Position numbers and translations under genes: made by a program. Positions 1-6,579 of a stretch of DNA of 15,637 nt are shown one piece after another (the stretch's first letter is position 1; each line of letters begins with the position of its first letter). Below the pieces are notes generated by a model. The model worked only from the letters and a program-made list of their open reading frames with translations, was not told the origin of the DNA and did not search any database. Origin of the DNA: Myxococcota bacterium (GTDB taxonomy: Bacteria > Myxococcota > SpSt-1050); NCBI GenBank assembly GCA_049969675.1, contig JBMFOP010000072.1, forward strand, positions 1 through 15,637, in the 5' to 3' direction.

Positions 1-512
1 CCTATGAAATTTATTCCTAAAAGTTGTGCTTCAAGTGCTGTGGTTCCACTGCCTGAAAAAGGGTCAAGGACAGTATCACCCTCTTTTAATCCTATAATGT
101 TTAGTAATGCTCTGATCATTTGAGGGTGAAATTTACCTTTATATGGGTAAATCCAGTGAGTTAGATACTGATTTACAGACCGAGTTCGATTTGTTTGTAT
201 AATCTGGAAATAATCTGTGAAATGCCCATCAACAGTTTTGTAATACGACCCTTTTCTTTTTATTCTTTCTATTAGTTCGTCTGATTTGTTGAGAATCTTA
301 AATTCTCTCAATCCATTTGTAACTTCAAAGTTGGCACCTAATGCCCTTAACTCCAATTCTGCTAAAGACAATTCGTAAATAAATTGAACATTATCCAATA
401 AAATCAAATCATGCCCCATATTTTCATTATCTATTTCATAAGCCCAGAATTGACTTTCTGCTCTTTCTATCATTATTTCACCTTTGTTTTTTAGTTTTTT
501 ATTCTCCATCAT
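1..512 (-). CDS. Amino-type (N4-cytosine/N6-adenine) DNA methyltransferase, 5' portion; continues past the left edge
   Basis: Not in the ORF track; translated by hand. Open frame from ATG 512 (GGGAG RBS at 521-525; alternative ATG 473 behind AGGTGA) reads MMENKKLKNKGEIMIERAESQFWAYE...SVNQYLTHWIYPYKGKFHPQMIRALLNIIGLKEGDTVLDPFSGSGTTALEAQLLGINFIG. HxxYPYKGKFHP followed by VLDPFSGSGTT matches motifs X and I (SAM binding) of amino-MTases. The catalytic (S/D/N)PPY motif would lie outside the window. Confidence 0.85.
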   Translation of the reverse strand, partial: MMENKKLKNKGEIMIERAESQFWAYEIDNENMGHDLILLDNVQFIYELSLAELELRALGANFEVTNGLREFKILNKSDELIERIKRKGSYYKTVDGHFTDYFQIIQTNRTRSVNQYLTHWIYPYKGKFHPQMIRALLNIIGLKEGDTVLDPFSGSGTTALEAQLLGINFI

Positions 513-688
513 TATTCTAACTCCCGTTTTACAATTAACTTAAAAATCTCCTCGAATGGATCCACTCCGGCATTTCCTAAAAGTTTTGTTGCCTTGTATT
601 TATCTTTGATCTGGCATCTGATATGAAATTTCCCATCCCGTTTTATAATCAAATTTTCTACATCTCCAATTTCTCTATTAAATTCCAC
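512..688 (-). CDS. Possible 58-aa small protein or 3' gene remnant
   Basis: GTG at 688 to TAA at 512-514: MEFNREIGDVENLIIKRDGKFHIRCQIKDKYKATKLLGNAGVDPFEEIFKLIVKRELE. It fills the whole gap, overlaps the upstream gene by 11 nt, and its stop overlaps the MTase start (TAATG). No clear RBS. Confidence 0.4.
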   Translation of the reverse strand: MEFNREIGDVENLIIKRDGKFHIRCQIKDKYKATKLLGNAGVDPFEEIFKLIVKRELE

Positions 689-1643
689 AGGAGCAGTAAC
701 CCATCACACAGTATTTCCCCCCACAATCCTGTTGAGTCTGACAGGAAGGTGGCTGACAATACTTATTTATAAGACCTCTACATTCCAGTCCCTGCTCACA
801 CTCAATTGTGTCTGTACACTGCTCACATAGTCCTTTTTTGGGACAATTGATTATACATTCACATCTCTGACTTCTGCAATATCCTCCACACTGTGGACAT
901 AATGTATTACAATCTTTGTCTTCCACACACTGTGGTTTAAATTCACATGTGTGAGTCTTCATATTACAGATATTTGACGGGTCTATCAACTGGCAGTCTT
1001 TGTCGGTATTACAGGCACCATCATTCAGTTCGCACTTTGCATCATTTGTACAGTGCTCCCATGCATTACAGGGAGGGTCACAGGTTATTTTAATACAGAT
1101 ACCGGATGAATCACATTTGGTTCCGAGCCCGGAGTTTACACAGTCTTTATCCTCCAGACACTCAACACATAATGGGTTTTCAAGTTTGGTATTGCAAAAT
1201 TTATTATCTGGCTTGGAGGCAGGTGGACAATCCTTATCTGTTATACAACCTTCAACACATTTATTATCCCGGCAGATAAATCCTAAATCACAGTCCGAAT
1301 TTTTCTGACAGGCCTTCTCGGCAAATTCACACTCCTTCTTATCATTGCATATTTCATTTGCCCCACAATCTTTATCGGTACGGCATTTTACACATACATT
1401 GTTTAGACAGAATGGCTTATCACTCGTGCAGTCCCTATCTGTCTCACAGTTGCCAACAATAACATCTTCTGAGGCGGTATCAGCAGGAACTACATCTGAG
1501 ACAACCACATCTGTCAAAGCATTCACATCTTTTAATTCAACATCTGGCAGATCAACATCAGAATTATACTCCTCAGTTGTAACTGCCAGATCACAGGATA
1601 GAACAGACAGGCTGATCAATAAGATTACTATTAACTTATTCAT
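678..1643 (-). CDS. Cysteine-rich repeat lipoprotein (321 aa)
   Basis: AGGAGG RBS upstream. Signal peptide with lipobox VLS-C17, then an acidic linker, then repeated four-Cys modules starting C-x2-D-x-D-C (CETDRDC, CRTDKDC, CITDKDC, CLEDKDC, CNTDKDC, CVEDKDC). 47 Cys by hand count; no CxxCH. Confidence 0.85.
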   Translation of the reverse strand: MNKLIVILLISLSVLSCDLAVTTEEYNSDVDLPDVELKDVNALTDVVVSDVVPADTASEDVIVGNCETDRDCTSDKPFCLNNVCVKCRTDKDCGANEICNDKKECEFAEKACQKNSDCDLGFICRDNKCVEGCITDKDCPPASKPDNKFCNTKLENPLCVECLEDKDCVNSGLGTKCDSSGICIKITCDPPCNAWEHCTNDAKCELNDGACNTDKDCQLIDPSNICNMKTHTCEFKPQCVEDKDCNTLCPQCGGYCRSQRCECIINCPKKGLCEQCTDTIECEQGLECRGLINKYCQPPSCQTQQDCGGKYCVMGYCSCGI

Positions 1644-1666
1644 AATAAAGACCTCCTACTTATACT

Positions 1667-3286
1667 TTATTTACAATAACCAAGTTGAGTCTCTCCACTC
1701 AATGAAGTACAGCTCTTGCCTGCTGGACACTTTGGACTATTATCAATCCTATCACAGGCATAGTAGCATTTATATCCACTCACACTATTCCCGAGACATA
1801 ATAGCCCCTTCTGACAATCATCATAAGTACAATCTCCACCGGCCGGCACCTTCCCTCCAAAATCGCAGATACTTGTATCTGAATCCAGTTCAAGACATAT
1901 AGAACCATCTTTGCAAAAGGCGTCACTAAAATGGTCACAGGATTCATAACAATATGCCTGACCATCTGGTGGTCCTGCACATATCAATCCCTCTTTACAA
2001 TAGTTGTAATTTCCTCCACAGGGCTGCTGTACATCCTGGGTTCCTTCACAGAATCCAGTAGCGCTATTGCAGACATACCCCGATGGACACTTCCTCCCCG
2101 GGTTATCACATCTGGGCCAGCAGACACTCTCATAGGAATTAATTGGATAACAGACATATTCACTCCTGCAATCAGAATTACTATTGCACTCTCTCAAACA
2201 CCATCTCTTGGTTGGATTGGATGCGACCTGCACACAAATACTATATACATTATTATCCCAGTCGTATGGACAGTTGTCAAAGCTGGTGCAGTCCTGTGAG
2301 CAGTAACCACCAACAAATCCGGTCCCTTCTGACTCCTGAATGCAGAACTGCCCTGAACTGCACTTAAAAGTTGAATTATCACAATTATCACCTATTGTAC
2401 CCGGTGCAATGGGATTACAGGTATAAGACTCTTTATTACAGGTTGAATTGGGGCATTGATAATCCTCTATACATTCCACACAGACACCAGACTGAGTCTC
2501 ACAATATTTATTCTTCGGATTTGACGCGCAATCATTATTATTAAAACAGATATTTGCCGATTCACACTTACCGTTTACACACTTCCCGCTACAGCAGTCT
2601 GTATCATACTGACACCCTCCCACACACGACTGTGTAGAACTGTTGCAGTACATATCACAGGGACAACCAGTCTCCAGACAACCTCTACCAGCATCAACAT
2701 ATATATCCTCAAAATTTGTATCCTGAACTGTTATATCTGTAATTTCTGCATCAGTCTGTCCACCATCAGGTCTGGCTCTCATACATATCCCAGTCTCTTC
2801 ATTACAGGTCATATTGTTTTCACAACCAATCGTCGCACATCCTACACAGACATTATTTCGGCAATATGGCTCTGGTATATCACAGTTAAAATCGGTCTCG
2901 CAGTATCTCCCAATACTTACATCCGCTGCGGCATCTATTATATCAAGACCTCCATCTCTTTGGGTCTTTATCTCGCAACTATGTGTCTTGAGATTACAAT
3001 AATATCCAGAGGGGCAGTTTGAATCACTCCTGCACCCGGAGGACGGATATTGACAGAATCCGCCAATGCACTTCATTGTGCTATCCGGGCAGTCCTCATC
3101 TGTCTTACACGCCTGAATATTCTCGGTCTGAATACATCTAAAATTTACACATCTGAATCCATTCTTGCAGTCGCTATCCATAGTACACTCATTCCCGGTA
3201 GAACCCTCTGAACAGGAGAGAGGAATCAAGATTGTAATGAAAGATGCCATTAACAAAGAGTAAATAAGGGGAGAAGGATATTTCAT
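1667..3286 (-). CDS. Cysteine-rich repeat lipoprotein (539 aa)
   Basis: The track start at 3382 runs through the promoter region. ATG 3286 has GAGGT 8 nt upstream and begins a signal peptide MKYPSPLIYSLLMASFITILIPLS-C (lipobox-like). Same Cys modules as its neighbour, with DGG/DAG acidic linkers. 71 Cys by hand count; no CxxCH. Confidence 0.85.
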   Translation of the reverse strand: MKYPSPLIYSLLMASFITILIPLSCSEGSTGNECTMDSDCKNGFRCVNFRCIQTENIQACKTDEDCPDSTMKCIGGFCQYPSSGCRSDSNCPSGYYCNLKTHSCEIKTQRDGGLDIIDAAADVSIGRYCETDFNCDIPEPYCRNNVCVGCATIGCENNMTCNEETGICMRARPDGGQTDAEITDITVQDTNFEDIYVDAGRGCLETGCPCDMYCNSSTQSCVGGCQYDTDCCSGKCVNGKCESANICFNNNDCASNPKNKYCETQSGVCVECIEDYQCPNSTCNKESYTCNPIAPGTIGDNCDNSTFKCSSGQFCIQESEGTGFVGGYCSQDCTSFDNCPYDWDNNVYSICVQVASNPTKRWCLRECNSNSDCRSEYVCYPINSYESVCWPRCDNPGRKCPSGYVCNSATGFCEGTQDVQQPCGGNYNYCKEGLICAGPPDGQAYCYESCDHFSDAFCKDGSICLELDSDTSICDFGGKVPAGGDCTYDDCQKGLLCLGNSVSGYKCYYACDRIDNSPKCPAGKSCTSLSGETQLGYCK

Positions 3287-3321
3287 ATTGCAATACCTCA
3301 GCACTATAATTAAGCGGAGGT

Positions 3322-3349
3322 ATAATATCACATAAGTATTTTCTTGCAA
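3322..3349 (-). promoter_or_regulatory. Candidate sigma70 promoter for the lipoprotein genes
   Basis: Minus strand reads TTGCAA-N16-TATTAT with TGn directly before the -10 (extended -10), about 35 nt upstream of ATG 3286. Confidence 0.45.
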
Positions 3350-3372
3350 ATATAAAATTTTTGAAATATATT
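3344..3372 (+). promoter_or_regulatory. Candidate sigma70 promoter for tRNA-Pro/rlmD
   Basis: TTGCAA (3344-3349)-N17-TATATT (3367-3372), ending 13 nt before the tRNA 5' end. Confidence 0.55.
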
Positions 3373-3385
3373 GGTTCTCCACTAT

Positions 3386-3461
3386 CGGGGCGTAGCGCAG
3401 CCTGGTTTAGCGCGCTTGCCTTGGGAGCAAGAGGTCGGTGGTTCAAATCCACTCGCCCCGA
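3386..3461 (+). tRNA. tRNA-Pro (anticodon TGG); CCA not encoded
   Basis: Folds by hand: acceptor stem CGGGGCG/CGCCCCG plus discriminator A, D stem GCGC/GCGC, anticodon stem CTTGC/GCAAG with loop CT-TGG-GA, T arm GGTGG-TTCAAAT-CCACT. C1-G72/A73 fits bacterial Pro identity. Followed by TTT rather than CCA. Confidence 0.97.
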
Positions 3462-3518
3462 TTTATAAAGATTAAAAATCTTACAATCTCCATACATAAT
3501 TCAATTTTAGAGGTTATC

Positions 3519-4661
3519 TTGAAGGAAAATGATATAAAAATTAGCAAGATGGTTCATCGGGGACTGGGGCTCGGACATAAAAATGGGAGAACTTATATGA
3601 TATATAATACACTCCCCGATGAGGTAGTGGATGCAGAGATAATTATGACCAAAAAGTCATACTCCATCGGGAGGGCAATAAAAATTAAAGAGCGGTCACC
3701 CTTCAGAGTTGAGCCAGTCTGTAAATACTATCAGATATGTGGTGGCTGTCAGTATATGCACGCCCAATATCAATTTCAGATTGAGTTGAAACAGAATGTC
3801 CTATATGAGTTACTCAGCAGGTCTCTGAAAAGAGAGACAATAGAAATTAAGAGAACCCCATCTATTTTAGACCTCAACTATAGACTGAGGGCACAGTTTA
3901 TTGTAAGAGGGGCAAAGGTGGGCTTTACTGGATTCGGTTCAAATGACTTTGTCCGAATTGATGAATGTAAGATCTGTCACGGGAAGATAAATGAGGCGGT
4001 AGAGATATTAAATAGGAATATCAGTACAGTAGAACTGAATCGTCTGTTTGTCGCAACAGATGGAGAGAGGATAAAGACATATCCGATAAAGGATTTTAGA
4101 GAGAATCTTGAGATTATGGTAAACAACCTTAAATATGTAATCAAGCCAGAGATATTCTTTCAGGCAAATATATATACATTAAGCGAATTACAGAGAGCTG
4201 TAAAGCCTCTTGAAAAGGGGATATCTGCTGTGGACTTTTATGCTGGAAGTGGATTTTTTAGTCTTTATATGGCAAAGTTCTTTGAATATCTCCTCTGTAT
4301 AGAAGAGGTAAGTGAGGCATCAAATCTATTGAAGAGGAATGCATCAATCAATAAAATTGAGAATATTGAGATTATCAATTCCTCTGTAGAAAATGCGGAG
4401 ATACCAAAAAAATACAATTCTATTGATTTGCTCTTACTTGACCCACCAAGGTCCGGGATGTCTAAAAGGGCTATAGGAAGGGCATTGAATCTAAATCCAA
4501 AAAATATCTTTTATGTAAGCTGTGACCCTGCCACCCTTGCAAGGGATATTTCATATTTTCACAAAAACTTCTATGAGATCTCGGAGATCATTATGATTGA
4601 CCAATTCCCACACACATTTCACTTTGAGACAGTTGTTAAGATGAGGAGACAATATTTATAA
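3519..4661 (+). CDS. rlmD: RlmD/RumA-family RNA (uracil-C5)-methyltransferase with TRAM domain and [4Fe-4S] motif
   Basis: N-terminal TRAM-like segment; CKYYQICGGCQY plus a distal Cys; FFQAN, DFYAGSG, DPPRSG, YVSCDPATLARD (catalytic Cys), DQFPHTFHFE. The track start at 3438 lies inside the tRNA, so TTG 3519 after AGAGGT is preferred (380 aa). Exact RNA target not determinable from sequence. Confidence 0.9.
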   Translation: MKENDIKISKMVHRGLGLGHKNGRTYMIYNTLPDEVVDAEIIMTKKSYSIGRAIKIKERSPFRVEPVCKYYQICGGCQYMHAQYQFQIELKQNVLYELLSRSLKRETIEIKRTPSILDLNYRLRAQFIVRGAKVGFTGFGSNDFVRIDECKICHGKINEAVEILNRNISTVELNRLFVATDGERIKTYPIKDFRENLEIMVNNLKYVIKPEIFFQANIYTLSELQRAVKPLEKGISAVDFYAGSGFFSLYMAKFFEYLLCIEEVSEASNLLKRNASINKIENIEIINSSVENAEIPKKYNSIDLLLLDPPRSGMSKRAIGRALNLNPKNIFYVSCDPATLARDISYFHKNFYEISEIIMIDQFPHTFHFETVVKMRRQYL

Positions 4662-4789
4662 TACTATCTCAATTTGTTCTTATTGTTCTTAATTCGGCAT
4701 AGCCAAAATCAAAAGCCTTGAAAATCTTCTTAGCATTTTGCATAGAAGTTACAATTAAAGAATCTAATCTATCCTATTTTATGAAAAAT

Positions 4790-4868
4790 CCACCTGTTGT
4801 GTTGATCCATTGATAAGATTTGAAAAAAACACACCATGGGGTTCAACCCAATAACACCCAGCAGGTGG
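4790..4868 (+). other. Imperfect inverted repeat / putative structured RNA element
   Basis: CCACCTGTTG-TGTTG (4790-4804) pairs with TAACA-cc-CAGCAGGTGG (4852-4868): 15 pairs including 2 G-U and a 2-nt bulge. Inner hairpin TGGG-GTTCAA-CCCA at 4837-4850. Confidence 0.5.
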
Positions 4869-4877
4869 GAGGTAAAT

Positions 4878-4979
4878 ATGAATGGGTTTAACATATACAG
4901 AGAGATTTTCAGATACAAAAATTATTCTGTAAAGATTTCTATTGCCCATCAATACAAAGAATCGCTCAATTTGGATTAA
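4878..4979 (+). CDS. 33-aa small ORF, or truncated start of a decayed gene
   Basis: GGAGGT RBS at 4868-4873, then ATG: MNGFNIYREIFRYKNYSVKISIAHQYKESLNLD*. The 12-mer GAGGTAAATATG is identical to the nuoM start context at 12397-12408. Confidence 0.45.
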   Translation: MNGFNIYREIFRYKNYSVKISIAHQYKESLNLD

Positions 4980-5102
4980 TTTATAAACACATAACTTTCA
5001 AAGCAGATTATTCTGGACAGCGGTGTCTATTTGTATATGTTATTGAATGGTTCAATTTCTATCAAGTTTAGGGAATTTTGCTAAAAATCTTTCAAAAATA
5101 GT

Positions 5103-5131
5103 TTGACTACTCAAAAATTAATTTGTATTAG
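5103..5131 (+). promoter_or_regulatory. Candidate promoter of the nuo operon
   Basis: TTGACT-N17-TATTAG about 30 nt before nuoA ATG 5161. The -10 lacks the conserved final T, so the call is uncertain. Confidence 0.35.
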
Positions 5132-5160
5132 CGGAATACCTTATGGGGTGAGTGTGGTCT

Positions 5161-5535
5161 ATGTATGACTTTCTTATAATTTTGATTTTTGTAGTTATAT
5201 CTATTGGTTTTGTCTTTGTGGCACTCTTTTTAGGCAGGTTTGTAAGACCATCTGTTGTAGATAAAGAGAAGGTTACCACCTATGAGTGTGGCGAGAGACC
5301 ATTTTCAAAGGCCTGGTTCAATTATAATCCCAGATTTTATATATTTGCCCTGATATTTATTGTCTTTGATGTGGCAATTGCGGCGGCGCTTCCATCTTTT
5401 GTAACATTTAAGTATTTTATATTGCAAAACGATTATCAAAATATATTGATTTCGCTCTTTGCGTTTCTTACAATTTTGATGGTGGCGCTATTTTATGTCT
5501 GGATAAAAGGAGATCTGGATTGGATAAAGAAGTAG
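5161..5535 (+). CDS. nuoA: Complex I subunit A
   Basis: Three hydrophobic helices; K..TYECGERP loop; [22 protein letters not shown]-terminus. ATG 5161 after GGGGTGA preferred over GTG 5152. Confidence 0.95.
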   Translation: MYDFLIILIFVVISIGFVFVALFLGRFVRPSVVDKEKVTTYECGERPFSKAWFNYNPRFYIFALIFIVFDVAIAAALPSFVTFKYFILQNDYQNILISLFAFLTILMVALFYVWIKGDLDWIKK

Positions 5536-6098
5536 GAAAGAATGGTTCATCAGATACAGCCGGTTCAAATGAAAATGAACTGTATCGTGAGGATTTCGGT
5601 GGTGGGTTCTTATTGCTCTCAAAGTTGAGTTCCCTTATCAATCTACCGAGGGCAAATTCGCTCTGGTATCTCTTATTCTCACCTGCCTGTTGTGGGATAG
5701 AGCTTATGCAGGCCGGAGGTACAAGGACAGATATGGATAGATTCGGTATGGTCTTCAGGTCAACCCCAAGACAGGCAGATGTGATGATTGTGGGTGGTAC
5801 AGTTACATATAAGATGGCTGAGAGGGTAAAGTTGCTTTATCAACAGATGTCAGAGCCCAAATATGTGATATCAATGGGCTCCTGCTCAAACTGCGGTGGA
5901 CTCTTTGATAGGAGTTACTCTGTACTAAAAGGTGTTGACCTCATTATTCCAGTTGATATCTATATACCCGGCTGTCCTCCAAGACCCGAGGCGCTTCTGG
6001 ATGGGCTTATGCTTTTGCAAAAGAAGATAAAGAGGGAGGATTGGGGGAGGATAGTCAAAAGACATACCTCAAGGATAGATGAATATGAACATAAGTGA
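5520..6098 (+). CDS. nuoB: Complex I subunit B (N2 cluster)
   Basis: Tandem-Cys [34 protein letters not shown] start 7 nt after AAGGAG. Confidence 0.95.
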   Translation: MDKEVGKNGSSDTAGSNENELYREDFGGGFLLLSKLSSLINLPRANSLWYLLFSPACCGIELMQAGGTRTDMDRFGMVFRSTPRQADVMIVGGTVTYKMAERVKLLYQQMSEPKYVISMGSCSNCGGLFDRSYSVLKGVDLIIPVDIYIPGCPPRPEALLDGLMLLQKKIKREDWGRIVKRHTSRIDEYEHK

Positions 6099-6579
6099 GG
6101 TTTATACGGAGGTAAAGAAGTTCTTCCCTGAGAAACTCTCAGAGGTAATTACATCCGGTCAGCTGACATTTTTCTATTTTGACAGAGATATTATTAAAGA
6201 CCTCTTTCTGGTCCTGAGAGATAAGATTGGTATGGAGTTCAAGCATCTATCATATATTGCGTCTGTGGATTTGAAAGATAGATTTGAATTGGTCTATTGC
6301 CTTTATAGTTATAGGTGGAATAGCATTATCCATCTCAAGACAAGACTTCCGAGAGATAATCCCGTCGTCTCGAGTATAGCAGATTTATATGTCTCGGCAG
6401 AGTGGCACGAGAGGGAGGCATACGACCTGATGGGGATTCTATTTGAAGGGCATCCGGACCTCAGAAGGATAATGATGCCAGATGACTTTGAAGGACATCC
6501 GTTGAGAAAGGACTTTTCTGAGAGGGATAATTACCACGGGATGCCGACGAGTCGTGAGAAGATATTGGGGAAATATTGA
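6079..6579 (+). CDS. nuoC: Complex I subunit C
   Basis: [40 protein letters not shown] signature. The start may be ATG 6085. Confidence 0.95.
   Translation: MNMNISEVYTEVKKFFPEKLSEVITSGQLTFFYFDRDIIKDLFLVLRDKIGMEFKHLSYIASVDLKDRFELVYCLYSYRWNSIIHLKTRLPRDNPVVSSIADLYVSAEWHEREAYDLMGILFEGHPDLRRIMMPDDFEGHPLRKDFSERDNYHGMPTSREKILGKY

Noticed and set aside
1000..3002. Track ORFs 1000-1308, 1345-1902, 1780-1980, 1931-2299, 2143-2367, 2194-2391 and 2814-3002
   Set aside because: Antisense or off-frame shadows of the Cys-rich lipoprotein genes, with no recognisable motifs.
678..3286. Multiheme cytochrome or polyferredoxin as the missing complex I input module
   Set aside because: No CxxCH and no CxxCxxCxxxCP motifs; the proteins are predicted exported lipoproteins and are transcribed away from nuo.
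3386..3461. tRNA as the integration site of an island
   Set aside because: I noticed no duplicated tRNA 3' end and no integrase in the window; the downstream gene is housekeeping.
3189..3497. 102-aa minus-strand ORF
   Set aside because: Reads through the antisense of tRNA-Pro (GRVDLNHRP...), a typical spurious translation.
4669..4743. TTGTTCTTA x2 tandem (4674-4691) and a 24-aa minus-strand ORF (MQNAKKIFKAF...)
   Set aside because: Low-complexity repeat in AT-rich DNA; the ORF has no nearby RBS.
4831..4868. Fluoride riboswitch or tRNA fragment (ATGGGGTTCAACC)
   Set aside because: Lacks the GGYGAUGG start and GCUGAUGAC segment of the fluoride motif, and no cloverleaf can be drawn.
5143..5163. 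ATG GGG TGA in frame with nuoA (selenocysteine or readthrough)
   Set aside because: The TGA is part of the GGGGTGA RBS; no SECIS-like hairpin follows and NuoA is complete from 5161.
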